Shown piece by piece: positions 34,147 to 51,185 of a stretch of 64,000 nt of DNA. Location: positions 37,562-101,561 of the forward strand of contig CAWBCM010000013.1 of the NCBI GenBank assembly GCA_963787285.1, read 5' to 3'. How positions within the stretch are numbered: position 1 is the first letter of the stretch; each line of letters opens with the position of its first letter. Both the position numbers and the translations under genes were made by a program. The notes below the pieces were generated by a model, which ran no database searches, had not been told where the DNA came from, and saw only the letters and a program-made list of their open reading frames with translations. Origin of the DNA: an uncultured Acidimicrobiales bacterium (lineage in GTDB: Bacteria > Actinomycetota > Acidimicrobiia > Acidimicrobiales > JAHEJN01).

Positions 34147-35334
34147 ATGGCCAAGGCAACTTTTGTGCGGAACAAGCCCCATGTGAATGTGGGGACGATG
34201 GGTCATATCGATCATGGTAAGACGACGTTGACGGCGGCGATTACGAAGGTGTTGTCCGAGAGTGTGGAGGGTTCGGCGTTTACGTCGTTCGAGAATATTG
34301 ACAAGGCGCCTGAGGAGCGTGAGCGGGGGATTACGATCAATGTTTCGCATGTGGAGTATGAGACCGAGAATCGGCATTATGCGCATGTGGATATGCCGGG
34401 GCATGCCGATTACATCAAGAACATGATTACCGGTGCGGCGCAGGTGGATGGCGCGATTTTGGTGGTGTCGGCGGCGGATGGTCCGATGCCTCAGACCCGT
34501 GAGCATGTGTTGTTGGCTCGTCAGGTGGGGGTGCCGTCGATTGTGGTGGCGTTGAACAAGGTCGACATGGTCGATGATGACGAGTTGATCGAGTTGGTGG
34601 AGATGGAAGTTCGTGAGTTGTTGGATGAGTACGATTTTCCTGGGGATGACACGCCGATCATTCCGGTGTCGGCGTTGAAGGCGTTGGAGGGTGACCCGGA
34701 TGCGGCGGCGCAGGTGTTGGCGTTGATGGCGGAGGTGGATTCCTATGTGCCGGAGCCGGTGCGGGATATGGACAAGCCGTTTTTGATGCCGATCGAGGAC
34801 GTGTTTTCGATTACGGGTCGGGGCACGGTGGTGACGGGCAAGGTCGAGCAGGGTGTGGTGCACACGGGTGACACGATCGAGATCGTGGGGATCAAGGACA
34901 CCCAGACCACGACTTGTACCGGGGTGGAGATGTTCCGGAAGTTGTTGGATCAGGGTCAGGCGGGGGACAACATCGGGGCTCTGTTGCGGGGTATCGACAA
35001 GGATGATGTGCAGCGGGGTCAGGTGTTGGCGGCGCCCAAGAGCATCAATCCTCATACCCGGTTCGAGGCCGAGGTGTATGTGTTGACCAAGGACGAGGGT
35101 GGCCGGCACAAGCCGTTTTTCAGTAACTACCGTCCGCAGTTCTATTTCCGGACCACCGATATCACCGGGTCGATTGCGTTGCCCGAGGGCACCGAGATGT
35201 GTATGCCCGGTGACAACACCACCATGACGGTGGAGTTGATCGCACCGATCGCGATGGATGAGGGTCTGCGGTTCGCCATCCGTGAGGGTGGCCGTACCGT
35301 AGGCGCCGGCGCCGTCACCAAGATCCTCGAATAG
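34147..35334 (+). CDS. tuf: elongation factor Tu
   Basis: Intact 395-aa ORF containing [22 protein letters not shown] and SAL. It sits in a tufB-like position after tRNA genes and before secE-nusG. Confidence 0.97.
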   Translation: MAKATFVRNKPHVNVGTMGHIDHGKTTLTAAITKVLSESVEGSAFTSFENIDKAPEERERGITINVSHVEYETENRHYAHVDMPGHADYIKNMITGAAQVDGAILVVSAADGPMPQTREHVLLARQVGVPSIVVALNKVDMVDDDELIELVEMEVRELLDEYDFPGDDTPIIPVSALKALEGDPDAAAQVLALMAEVDSYVPEPVRDMDKPFLMPIEDVFSITGRGTVVTGKVEQGVVHTGDTIEIVGIKDTQTTTCTGVEMFRKLLDQGQAGDNIGALLRGIDKDDVQRGQVLAAPKSINPHTRFEAEVYVLTKDEGGRHKPFFSNYRPQFYFRTTDITGSIALPEGTEMCMPGDNTTMTVELIAPIAMDEGLRFAIREGGRTVGAGAVTKILE

Positions 35335-35412
35335 AAGACCGGACCCACCCTTCGCCGCTGCGGCAGCCGGTGTTACGGTTGTAACGCGCGGCGCTACGAG
35401 GGGAGTCAGACC

Positions 35413-36009
35413 GTGGATGAGATGAGTGGGTTGATCGAGGCGGCGAAAGGCGGCGACCGCGCCGCGTTCGACGAGATCGTTCGACGCACGCACCGCGACG
35501 TCTACTCGCTCGCAGTGCGGCTCACCGGTGACGAAGAGGATGCCAACGATGTCGTGCAGGAGGTGTATGTCCGGGCCTACAGGGCCATTCGCCGTTTCCG
35601 CGGCGATGCTGCCCTCAGCACCTGGTTGTACCGCATCTGTGCCAACTGCTCGGCCACCTTCCTGCGCAAGCGCACTCGTCAGCGATGCGAGGTCCTCGAG
35701 GAGAACGACCTGGTGCTCGACCACTCGCCCGACAACGACCCCGTGCTGCGGGCCGAGGCGAGCCTGGCCCGGAGCGGCATCGAGTCGGCCATCCGCGACC
35801 TGCCCGACCGGCTCCGAGCCGTGGTCGTGTTGCGTGACGTGTACGACCTCAGCCACCACGAGATTGCCGCGGAGCTCGACATCTCCGAGTCCGCGGCCAA
35901 GGTGCGCCTGCATCGTGCCCGTCGCAAGCTCCTCTCCGTGCTCGAGGGCGTGACCGATGCTGACGGAGCTGCTGACGACGCTGATGGAGAGGCTTCGGAT
36001 GTCGGCTGA
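35413..36009 (+). CDS. ECF (group 4) RNA polymerase sigma factor
   Basis: Region 2: FDEIVRRTHRDVYSLAVRLTGDEEDANDVVQEVYVRAYRAIRRFRGDAALSTWLYRI. Region 4: LPDRLRAVVVLRDVYDLSHHEIAAELDISESAAKVRLHRARRKL. Start is GTG 35413 or ATG 35422. Confidence 0.88.
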   Translation: MDEMSGLIEAAKGGDRAAFDEIVRRTHRDVYSLAVRLTGDEEDANDVVQEVYVRAYRAIRRFRGDAALSTWLYRICANCSATFLRKRTRQRCEVLEENDLVLDHSPDNDPVLRAEASLARSGIESAIRDLPDRLRAVVVLRDVYDLSHHEIAAELDISESAAKVRLHRARRKLLSVLEGVTDADGAADDADGEASDVG

Positions 36010-36289
36010 GCCGAACCTGGCCAGTGTCACCGACCTCACGCAGTTCCTGGCCGACGCACGCGATCGTCAGGAGTTCGCCTGGTTGTTCGACCAGCTGGCC
36101 GAGCTTCGCGCTTCACTCTTCGAGCCCCCGGCCACCCTTTTGCCCTCGGTCTTCGACGAGCTCGATCGCACCGATCGTTTCGCATGGGCCAGGTCGGCGC
36201 CGCCACGCTGGATCGCCTACGCGGGCGGATTGGCCGCCAGTGCCGCCGGTGCACTGGTTATCGCCACCCGAACCCGTCGCGCCCACTGA
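35999..36289 (+). CDS. putative anti-sigma factor (small, C-terminal TM helix)
   Basis: ATG 35999 overlaps the sigma-factor stop (ATGTCGGCTGA). The 96-aa product ends in WIAYAGGLAASAAGALVIATRTRR. The assignment rests on position only, and the ORF could start as early as 35957. Confidence 0.45.
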   Translation: MSAEPNLASVTDLTQFLADARDRQEFAWLFDQLAELRASLFEPPATLLPSVFDELDRTDRFAWARSAPPRWIAYAGGLAASAAGALVIATRTRRAH

Positions 36290-36360
36290 CGCGCTCGGTC
36301 GAGCCTCCGGGCGGGACCGGAGTCTCGGGACGGGCTGGTAGCCTGACCGGTCGAACCTTT

Positions 36361-36436
36361 AGGGGCGTGGCTCAATTGGTAGAGCACCGGTCTCCAAAAC
36401 CGGCGGTTGGGGGTTCGAGTCCCTCCGCCCCTGCCA
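36361..36436 (+). tRNA. tRNA-Trp (anticodon CCA), CCA end encoded
   Basis: AGGGGCGTGGCTCAATTGGTAGAGCACCGGTCTCCAAAACCGGCGGTTGGGGGTTCGAGTCCCTCCGCCCCTGCCA. Confidence 0.93.
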
Positions 36437-36506
36437 CGTACGTACGGCATCACCCCCGTGATGTGGACACCGGCCCGAACCAGAGGGTCGTCGAGGACAG
36501 CAAACC

Positions 36507-36803
36507 ATGGCAATGAACCGAGAACAGAAGCGCATGCTTCGCCGGCAGGGCGAGGTCGACGAGCAGGGCGAACGCATCGCCACTCGTCGGGCGCCGGCCG
36601 CCCACCAGCGAGAGCAGCGGGCCAGCGTGCCACAGTTCTTCCGCGAGGTCCGCGGCGAGCTCCGCAAGGTCGCCTGGCCGTCCCGCGACGAGGTCGTGAA
36701 CTACTCGGTCGTGGTCATCGTGGTGGTCGTTGCCCTCACCGCGATCATCGCGGGACTCGATTTCCTGTTCGGTGAAGGCATCCTGAAGTTGTTCGAGCGA
36801 TGA
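36507..36803 (+). CDS. secE: preprotein translocase subunit SecE
   Basis: Contains FFREVRGELRKVAWPSRDEVVNYSVVVIVVVVALTAIIAGLDFLF. It lies downstream of tRNA-Trp and has an ATGA overlap with nusG. Confidence 0.9.
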   Translation: MAMNREQKRMLRRQGEVDEQGERIATRRAPAAHQREQRASVPQFFREVRGELRKVAWPSRDEVVNYSVVVIVVVVALTAIIAGLDFLFGEGILKLFER

Positions 36804-37636
36804 GCATCACCGACGAAGACCACAGCCCCGAAGAGGACGACGCCGTGACCGTAGACCCCGAAGCCGCCACCGTGGCCGACGAAACCCCCTCCACGCCCGA
36901 CCCCGTGCCCGCTGACGCCGTGACCGAGGCCCCCGAGATCACCGACGCCCCTGATGTCACCAAGGCCGAGCCCGAGGCCGACGCCGAACCCGAGGCTGTC
37001 GAGGTCGCGGCAGCGGTCGACGAGGATGCCCTCATCTACGAAAAGGATGTCGAGGAAGCCGACGTCCCGCCGCCGGTGAGTCCCTACGACCGGCCCGGAC
37101 GTTGGTATGTGGTGCACACCCAGTCGGGATACGAGAAGAAGGTCAAGCAGAACCTCGAGGCCCGCATCAACTCCATGGGCATGGAGGAGCGCATCCATGA
37201 GGTGGTCATCCCCCTCGAGGACGTCGTCGAGTTCAAGGGCGGCAAGAAGGTCGTCGTCCAGAAGAAGGTCTTCCCCGGGTACCTGCTGGTGCGTTGCAGT
37301 CTCGACGACGACGCCTGGTACGTGGTGCGCAACACCCCTGGCGTCACCGGATTCGTCGGTGCGGGGAACAAGCCGTCGCCCCTCGGTCGTCGCGACGTCG
37401 AGACGTTCCTCGCCGCGAAGGTCGAAGGTGACGAAGCGGCGATGGCCAAGAAGAGCAAGCCCCGCCTCCAGTACGAGGTCAGCGAGACCGTCCGCGTCAA
37501 GGAAGGTCCCTTCGCCGATTTCTCGGGCGAGGTCATCGAGATCAACGAGGATCAGCTCAAGGTGAAGGTGTTGGTGAACATCTTCGGGCGCGAGACCCCT
37601 GTCGAGCTCGAGTTCGCGCAGGTAGCGAAGCTCTGA
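36800..37636 (+). CDS. nusG: transcription termination/antitermination factor NusG (acidic N-terminal extension)
   Basis: Contains [22 protein letters not shown]...FPGYLLVRC...[12 protein letters not shown]...[16 protein letters not shown]. Confidence 0.95.
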   Translation: MSITDEDHSPEEDDAVTVDPEAATVADETPSTPDPVPADAVTEAPEITDAPDVTKAEPEADAEPEAVEVAAAVDEDALIYEKDVEEADVPPPVSPYDRPGRWYVVHTQSGYEKKVKQNLEARINSMGMEERIHEVVIPLEDVVEFKGGKKVVVQKKVFPGYLLVRCSLDDDAWYVVRNTPGVTGFVGAGNKPSPLGRRDVETFLAAKVEGDEAAMAKKSKPRLQYEVSETVRVKEGPFADFSGEVIEINEDQLKVKVLVNIFGRETPVELEFAQVAKL

Positions 37637-37685
37637 GAACCCCGGCACACTGCTACGTCCGCTTTTCGAGATTCCGAGAACCCCC

Positions 37686-38111
37686 ATGGCCAAGAAACAA
37701 GTAAGCGCAGTCGTCAAGATCCAGATTCCGGCTGGCCAGGCATCGCCTGCACCACCGGTGGGTACCGCTCTCGGTCCCCACGGTGTCGCCATCATGGACT
37801 TCTGCAAGGAGTACAACGCGCGCACCGAGGCCCAACGCGGCACCGTGGTGCCCGTGGAGATCTCCATCTACGAGGATCGCTCGTTCACGTTCGTTCTGAA
37901 GACGCCGCCGGCGTCGGTGCTCTTGCGCCAGGCGGCCGGGCTCGAGAAGGCCGCGAGCACTCCCGGGAGCGAGACGGTCGGCTCGATCAGCGATGCTCAG
38001 CTCACCGAGATCGCCCAGACCAAGCTGCCCGACCTCAACACCGACGATCTCGATCAGGCCAAGCTCCAGATCGCCGGTACCGCCCGCAGCATGGGCATCA
38101 CGATCGCCTGA
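37686..38111 (+). CDS. rplK: 50S ribosomal protein L11
   Basis: [45 protein letters not shown]... Confidence 0.97.
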   Translation: MAKKQVSAVVKIQIPAGQASPAPPVGTALGPHGVAIMDFCKEYNARTEAQRGTVVPVEISIYEDRSFTFVLKTPPASVLLRQAAGLEKAASTPGSETVGSISDAQLTEIAQTKLPDLNTDDLDQAKLQIAGTARSMGITIA

Positions 38112-38190
38112 GCATCCGCAACATCATCGTGCACGGGGACGACCTCGCCCCGGCCGGTGTAATCCGATGAGGGACCCGAAAGGGGCAGAC

Positions 38191-38877
38191 ATGCCAGGTA
38201 AGCGATATTCCGATGCGAAGCGCCGCTACGACAACGAGCGGTTGCACAGCCCGGCCGAGGCGATCGACGTGGTGAAGTCACTCGCCAGCACCGGCTTCGA
38301 CGAGAGTGTCGATGCCGTTGTGCGACTCGGCGTCGATCCGCGCAAAGCCGAAGAGATGCTGCGCGGCACCGTGTCGTTGCCCTCGGGCTCCGGCAAGGAC
38401 GTCCGGGTGGCCGTGTTCGCCCAGGGCGAAGCGGCCGCCGCCGCCCGTGAGGCCGGCGCGGAGTTCGTCGGTGGCGACGACCTCGCCGCCGAGGTCGAAG
38501 GCGGGATGCTCGATTTCGACGTGGCCATCGCCAGCCCCGACATGATGCCCACGGTCGGCAAGCTGGGCCGCGTGCTCGGTCCACGTGGACTCATGCCGAA
38601 CCCCAAGACCGGTACCGTCACCCCCGACGTGGCCAAGGCCGTCGAAGAGTTCAAGAGCGGCAAGGTCGAGTACCGCACCGACCGTCAGGCCAACGTGCAT
38701 GTGCCCATCGGCAAGGTCAGCTTCGACACCGAGGCGCTCCAGGCCAACTTTGCGGCCCTGATGGACGAGCTCCAGCGGGTCAAGCCGGCGGGTTCCAAGG
38801 GTCGCTACGTCAAGCGCGTCGGGGTGTCCTCGACCATGGGTCCGGGCGTGAAGGTCGACCACACCCTCTACGCCTGA
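38191..38877 (+). CDS. rplA: 50S ribosomal protein L1
   Basis: MPGKRYSDAKRRYD...VRLGVDPRKAEEMLRGTVSLPSG...LGPRGLMPNPKTGTVT from ATG 38191. Confidence 0.96.
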   Translation: MPGKRYSDAKRRYDNERLHSPAEAIDVVKSLASTGFDESVDAVVRLGVDPRKAEEMLRGTVSLPSGSGKDVRVAVFAQGEAAAAAREAGAEFVGGDDLAAEVEGGMLDFDVAIASPDMMPTVGKLGRVLGPRGLMPNPKTGTVTPDVAKAVEEFKSGKVEYRTDRQANVHVPIGKVSFDTEALQANFAALMDELQRVKPAGSKGRYVKRVGVSSTMGPGVKVDHTLYA

Positions 38878-39160
38878 TCGATCCCGCTCCCACGCGAGGA
38901 TCGTCGCGGCCTGGCCGCTAGCCTGCCCCGCACAATTCAAGTTCTGCTCGCCGAAGACCTCCGGTGCTCCCCTGGGAGCGTGAAATGGCATCTGCCAGCC
39001 CGATGAGGCGGACACTCCCGAACGGCACCGCTTCGTCGGTTCGTTCCTGGGCGTTCGTCCGGTTTCCGGCGGACGCCCATCGTCGTTTTCGGCCCACCAG
39101 CCGGCGGCGTGAACCCGAGGTGCTGAGGCATCTCACGAGCAAGTGAAAGGGAGGTGCCAC
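38878..39160 (+). promoter_or_regulatory. long rplJ 5' leader (candidate L10-L12 autoregulatory leader)
   Basis: 283-nt non-coding gap upstream of rplJ, in a region where other gene junctions are short. I did not derive a structure. Confidence 0.3.
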
Positions 39161-39937
39161 ATGGAGAATCCACGACCCGAGAAGGTCGCCGTCGTCGATG
39201 AAGTGAAGTCGAAGCTCGAGGCTGCCACCGGGGTGATTCTCACCGAGTACCGCGGGCTGAACGTCACGGCCATGGCCGAGCTCCGCAAGTCCATTCGCGA
39301 TGCCGGCGCCGAGTACAAGGTCTACAAGAACACCCTCGTGCGGTTTGCCGCCCAGTCCCTCGACATCGACCTCGACGAGCTGCTCACCGGTCCCACGGCG
39401 GTTGCCTTCGCGTCGCCGTCGGCCGACGGCACTCCGGGTGACACCGTCGGCCTGGCCAAGGCACTGGTCGACTTCGCCAAGGCCAACGACATGCTCGTCG
39501 TCAAGGGCGGGTTGCTCGGCGATGTCGCCATCGACGCCGACGGCGTCACGGCACTGGCCAAGACCCCGCCGCGCGTCGAGCTGTACGCCGAGTTCCTCGG
39601 AGCCGGTCTGAGCTTCTACCAGGAGTTCGCCGGACTGCTCGACGCCAAGCTGCGTGAGTTCAGCTACGCGTTGCAGGAACTGGTCGACAAGGGGGTGCTC
39701 GCCGAAGGCGACGCACCCGCCGAGGAACCTGCACCCGCCGAGGCCGCGGCCGAGGAAGCTGCACCGACCGAGGCTCCGGCCGAGGAACCTGCACCGACCG
39801 AGGCTCCGGCCGAGGAACCTGCACCGACCGAGGTCGCGGCCGAGGCCGAAGCGACCGAAGAAACGAATCAAACCGAGGCTGTTGCCGAGGTTCTCGACGA
39901 GTCTGGCGAAGCCAGCGACAGCACGGAGGAAGATTGA
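39161..39937 (+). CDS. rplJ: 50S ribosomal protein L10 with an ~85-aa acidic Pro/Glu/Ala-rich C-terminal extension
   Basis: [59 protein letters not shown]... followed by a repetitive tail, [20 protein letters not shown].... Confidence 0.93.
   Translation: MENPRPEKVAVVDEVKSKLEAATGVILTEYRGLNVTAMAELRKSIRDAGAEYKVYKNTLVRFAAQSLDIDLDELLTGPTAVAFASPSADGTPGDTVGLAKALVDFAKANDMLVVKGGLLGDVAIDADGVTALAKTPPRVELYAEFLGAGLSFYQEFAGLLDAKLREFSYALQELVDKGVLAEGDAPAEEPAPAEAAAEEAAPTEAPAEEPAPTEAPAEEPAPTEVAAEAEATEETNQTEAVAEVLDESGEASDSTEED
39721..39840 (+). repeat. four tandem 30-nt units inside the 3' end of rplJ
   Basis: Units start at 39721, 39751, 39781 and 39811 (consensus cgaggaacctgcaccgaccgaggctccggc). They encode (A)[10 protein letters not shown] repeats. 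Confidence 0.85.
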
Positions 39938-39939
39938 TC

Positions 39940-40320
39940 ATGGCAACCAAGGAAGAAATTCTCGACTCGATCGCGTCGATGACGGTTCTGGAGTTCAAGG
40001 AACTGCTCGACGAGTTCAAGGAGAAGTTCGATGTCCAGGCGGCGGCTCCGGTCGCCGTTGCCGCCGCGGCAGCCGCCGGCGGCGCCGACGTGGCCGACGA
40101 GGAGGAGAAGAGCAGCTTCGATGTGATCCTCACCGGCGCCGGCGACAAGAAGATCCAGGTGATCAAGGAGGTCCGTGGCCTCACGAATCTGGGTCTGAAG
40201 GAAGCCAAGGAGCTCGTCGACAACGCTCCGAAGCCCGTCATCGAGGGTGCCTCGAAGGACGACGCCGAAAAGGCCAAGGCTGCCCTCGAGGCCGCCGGGG
40301 CCAGCGTCGAGCTGGCCTGA
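39940..40320 (+). CDS. rplL: 50S ribosomal protein L7/L12
   Basis: [32 protein letters not shown]...[24 protein letters not shown]... Confidence 0.97.
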   Translation: MATKEEILDSIASMTVLEFKELLDEFKEKFDVQAAAPVAVAAAAAAGGADVADEEEKSSFDVILTGAGDKKIQVIKEVRGLTNLGLKEAKELVDNAPKPVIEGASKDDAEKAKAALEAAGASVELA

Positions 40321-40354
40321 GCCTCGCGTCGACGCGGAATCTGCAATCAACACC

Positions 40355-40392
40355 CCGCAGCGGTGGTTCGGGCAACCGGGCCGCCGCTGCGG
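40355..40392 (+). terminator. hairpin after rplL (candidate rplL-rpoB attenuator)
   Basis: CCGCAGCGGTGG...CCGCCGCTGCGG forms a 12-bp stem with one mismatch. A second small GC hairpin plus T-tract lies at 40637-40668, just before rpoB. Confidence 0.35.
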
Positions 40393-40688
40393 CGCGTCCG
40401 TCGTCCTTTCGGTGGGGCAAAACCCTGTGATTCCGGTGGTCTTGGTAGCGGTTGTGTTACATCCGGCCCGAATTCCTTGACCTCAGGAGCCAGTTTCCTT
40501 ACCCTGACGCCCATTCGCAGGCCCGCGCAGCCGCTAGCTGTGCTGTGTTCGGGTTGATATCGATGCTCGCGCACGCCTAGACTCCTGTTGTCGTGTCGTG
40601 CCGCTCGTAGCTTCGTCCTCAAAGACAAAGGTCCTTGCGCGCCGCCGCGCGTCTTTTCCGTTTTCTGCCCTGCCCCCAGGAGTGCACT

Positions 40689-48284
<7,596 letters not shown>

Positions 48285-48320
48285 ACCCGCCCGACATCGA
48301 CCCGAACCACCCGAACCACC

Positions 48321-48378
48321 CGAAATCCCCATCGGCAGTAGCGCTATCCGCTACTGGCCGTGGGGATTTCGTGGGTTT
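48321..48378 (+). terminator. strong compound hairpin plus T-tract downstream of rpoC
   Basis: Outer stem CGAAATCCCCA (48321-31) / TGGGGATTTCG (48361-71). Inner stem CAGTAGCG / CGCTACTG. Followed by TGGGTTTTGGGG. Confidence 0.75.
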
Positions 48379-48404
48379 TGGGGTGGGGCGTAGGCTCACC
48401 GGCG

Positions 48405-49448
48405 ATGGCTCACGCTCTGGTCCCCACCACCCTCGTCGGCAGCTATCCGCCACCCACGTGGTTGGTCGACACCGATCTGCTCGGCGAGCTGCTGCCCCAA
48501 CGTGTGCCCAATCCTGCGCTTTGGCGAGTCGGGGCCGATCACCTCGGCGAGGCGCTCGACGACGCCACCCTGGCCGTCGTCGCGGACCAGCTCGCGGCGG
48601 GCGTCGACATCGTCACCGACGGGGAGGTGCGGCGGGCCAGCTACTCCGAGCGGTTCTCCAACGCCCTGGACGGGATCGACCGTGACCATCCCGGCACGGC
48701 CACCAGTCGCACCGGCGCCCAGGTCGCCGTGCCGCGCATCGTGGGACCCATCGAGCGCCGCGAGGCGGTGGAGGTCGACGTGGCTCGGCTCATCGGTAGC
48801 GTGTTCCAGGCCCCGTTGAAGGTGACACTGCCGGGCCCCTTCACCATGGCGCAGCTGTGTCAGGACGACTACTACTCGAACGCCGGAGAGCGGGCCATGG
48901 CCTTCGCCGGTGCGGTGAATGCCGAGATGCACGAGCTGTTCGCCGCAGGGGTGGCCGTGGTCCAGATCGACGAACCGTACCTACAGGCAAGAGCTGACGA
49001 GGCACGCGATTACGCTCTCGACGCCATCGCCGCTGCCCTGGCCGGCGCCAAAGGGCGGACCACTCTCCACTCCTGCTTCGGCTACGGCCGATACGTCAAG
49101 GACAAGCCGGCGGGCTACCCGTTCTTCGCCGAGCTGGCCGGCTGCGCCGCCGACGACATCTCGATCGAGTCGGCCCAACCCGATCTCGACCTCGCGATGC
49201 TGACCGAACTGGGCGACAAGACGATCCAGCTCGGTGTGATCGACTGCGCTAGTCACGACATCGAGACGCCCGATGCTGTGGCCGACCGGATCGGACGGGC
49301 GGCGGAGACCGTCGCGGTCGGGCGATTGGTGGCGGCACCGGACTGTGGCATGAAGTACCTGCCCCGGGCGGTGGCGCAGGCCAAGCTTGTTTCCATGGTC
49401 GAGGGGGCCGCGCTCGCCCGCGAACGCCTCGCGGAGTCCGTGGGGTGA
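48405..49448 (+). CDS. cobalamin-independent methionine synthase (MetE C-terminal domain-like) family protein
   Basis: [20 protein letters not shown]...[10 protein letters not shown]...VVQIDEP...LHSCFGY...[10 protein letters not shown]. This matches the short MetE-like, Zn-binding family. Confidence 0.75.
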   Translation: MAHALVPTTLVGSYPPPTWLVDTDLLGELLPQRVPNPALWRVGADHLGEALDDATLAVVADQLAAGVDIVTDGEVRRASYSERFSNALDGIDRDHPGTATSRTGAQVAVPRIVGPIERREAVEVDVARLIGSVFQAPLKVTLPGPFTMAQLCQDDYYSNAGERAMAFAGAVNAEMHELFAAGVAVVQIDEPYLQARADEARDYALDAIAAALAGAKGRTTLHSCFGYGRYVKDKPAGYPFFAELAGCAADDISIESAQPDLDLAMLTELGDKTIQLGVIDCASHDIETPDAVADRIGRAAETVAVGRLVAAPDCGMKYLPRAVAQAKLVSMVEGAALARERLAESVG

Positions 49449-49927
49449 GCGATCGCCCGTTCCGCGTGCTCGGTGTGCAGCAGTTCGCCATCGGTGGCAC
49501 CGACAAGCAGCGGTTGCGCGCGCTCTGGGTGGACCTGCTCGGCCTGACGCCCGTCGGGACGTTTCGCAGCGAGGCCGAGAACGTCGACGAGGACATCTTG
49601 ACGATCGGTGCCGGTCCGCATGCCGTCGAGGTCGACATCATGGAACCCATCGATTCGCAGCGATCCCCGCGCGTCGACACCCCACCGTTGAACCACATCG
49701 GCCTGTGGATCGACGACCTGGCCGCCGCAGTCGATTGGCTCACCGGCCAGGGCATGCGATTCACCCCGGGCGGTATCCGCCGGGGTGGCAGTGGCCACGA
49801 CATCTGCTTCGTGCATCCCAAGGCCGGCGACTCGTTTCCCTTCGGTGGAGAAGGCGTGCTGATCGAGCTGGTCCAGGCTCCGCCCGATGTGATCGCCACG
49901 TTGGGTGACCTCGAGGGGTTGACGTAG
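49445..49927 (+). CDS. VOC (glyoxalase / methylmalonyl-CoA epimerase-like) family protein
   Basis: GTG 49445 overlaps the upstream stop (GTGA). It contains [25 protein letters not shown]...ICFVHPK...GVLIELVQ. Confidence 0.7.
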   Translation: MSDRPFRVLGVQQFAIGGTDKQRLRALWVDLLGLTPVGTFRSEAENVDEDILTIGAGPHAVEVDIMEPIDSQRSPRVDTPPLNHIGLWIDDLAAAVDWLTGQGMRFTPGGIRRGGSGHDICFVHPKAGDSFPFGGEGVLIELVQAPPDVIATLGDLEGLT

Positions 49928-49955
49928 CCTTTCGCCATGCTCTGCTCCCGCCCGC

Positions 49956-51185
49956 ATGCGAATCGCTGACTTGTCGTTGCCACCGGACGCGGAACGCCGA
50001 GCGCACGAGCGGTCTGACGGCGCCGCCGCCTCGACTCGGCCCCTCGATGGGCTCCTCGTGGCCGACCTCTCTCGGGTGCTGGCCGGGCCCTACTGCTCGA
50101 TGCTGCTCGCCGACATGGGAGCAACGGTGATCAAGGTCGAGAGTCCAGCGGGCGACGACACCCGCACCTGGAGCCCTCCCGAGGTCGATGGGGTCGCCAC
50201 CTACTACGCCTCGATCAACCGCAACAAGAAGTCGATCGTGCTGGACTTTCGCGACGACGACGACGTGAGCCTCGCCCGTGAGCTGGTGCGTCGCTCCGAC
50301 GTGACCATGCAGAACTTCAAGGTCGGGGCCCTCGAGAAGTACGGCCTCGACTACGAGAGCGTGGCCATCGACAACCCGGGCCTCGTCTACCTGTCGATCA
50401 GCGGTTTCGGCTCGAAAGAAGGTGCGTGGCTTCCCGGCTACGACCTGATGGTTCAGGCCGTCTCGGGATTGATGAGCCTCACCGGCGACCCTGAGGGACC
50501 GCCCTTCCGTGCGGGAATCTCGGTGTTCGATGTGATGGCCGGTCTGCACGGGCTCGCCGGAGTCCTGGCCGCGCTGCTCCAACGGTCGGTCACCGGCCGC
50601 GGCCAGCACGTCGAGGTCAATCTGTTGTCGTCGGCGATGTCGGGCCTGGTCAACCAGACCGGCGCGTACACACTGTCGGGGACCGTTCCGTTCCGCATGG
50701 GAAACGCTCACCCGAGTGTCTATCCGTACCAGGCGATGCCCACCGCCGATCGCGACATGATCATCGCCGCCGCCAACGACCGCCAGTTCCGCTCGCTCTG
50801 CGAGGTTCTCGGGATCGCATCGGTGGCCGACGACCCACGATTCGCCGCCAATGTCGATCGCACCGCGAACCGCGACGAGCTGCATCCGCTGCTCCACGAC
50901 GCGTTGTCGCGATGGAAGGCCGACGACCTCTTCGTCGCTCTGAATCGGGTCGGCGTGCCCGCCGGACCCATCAACACCATCGGGCAGGGTGTGGAGCTGG
51001 CCGAGTCGCTCGGCCTCGAACCGCGGGTCACCGTGGGCCAGGGCAAGCGGGCCGTCGACACCGTGCGAAATCCCATCACCTTCCACGACGCCGAGCTGAC
51101 CTACTCGCTGCCGCCGCCCCGACTGGGCGAGCACTCCGACGAGCTGCGGGCCTGGTTGTCGTCGTCCGCGGAGCAGACCCCGTGA
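49956..51185 (+). CDS. CaiB/BaiF family III CoA-transferase
   Basis: Contains PLDGLLVADLSRVLAGPYCSMLLADMGATVIKVE...NRNKKSI...GYDLMVQAVSGLMSLTG. Confidence 0.9.
   Translation: MRIADLSLPPDAERRAHERSDGAAASTRPLDGLLVADLSRVLAGPYCSMLLADMGATVIKVESPAGDDTRTWSPPEVDGVATYYASINRNKKSIVLDFRDDDDVSLARELVRRSDVTMQNFKVGALEKYGLDYESVAIDNPGLVYLSISGFGSKEGAWLPGYDLMVQAVSGLMSLTGDPEGPPFRAGISVFDVMAGLHGLAGVLAALLQRSVTGRGQHVEVNLLSSAMSGLVNQTGAYTLSGTVPFRMGNAHPSVYPYQAMPTADRDMIIAAANDRQFRSLCEVLGIASVADDPRFAANVDRTANRDELHPLLHDALSRWKADDLFVALNRVGVPAGPINTIGQGVELAESLGLEPRVTVGQGKRAVDTVRNPITFHDAELTYSLPPPRLGEHSDELRAWLSSSAEQTP

Noticed and set aside
33955-36039. 694-aa ORF on the minus strand spanning the tRNAs, tuf and the sigma-factor gene.
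   Set aside because: It runs antisense through two tRNA genes and EF-Tu. The translation is His/Arg/Leu-rich nonsense, so it is an artefact of the unusual G/T-rich coding strand of tuf.
36800-37080. Long acidic, Pro/Glu/Asp-rich N-terminal extension of NusG.
   Set aside because: N-terminal extensions of NusG are common in Actinobacteria, so this is not unusual enough to report as a finding.
48285-48330. Short direct repeats (GAACCACCC x2-3) just after rpoC.
   Set aside because: There are only two or three copies, immediately adjacent to the terminator hairpin. They lack spacer/repeat organisation, so this is not a CRISPR array or a mobile-element end.
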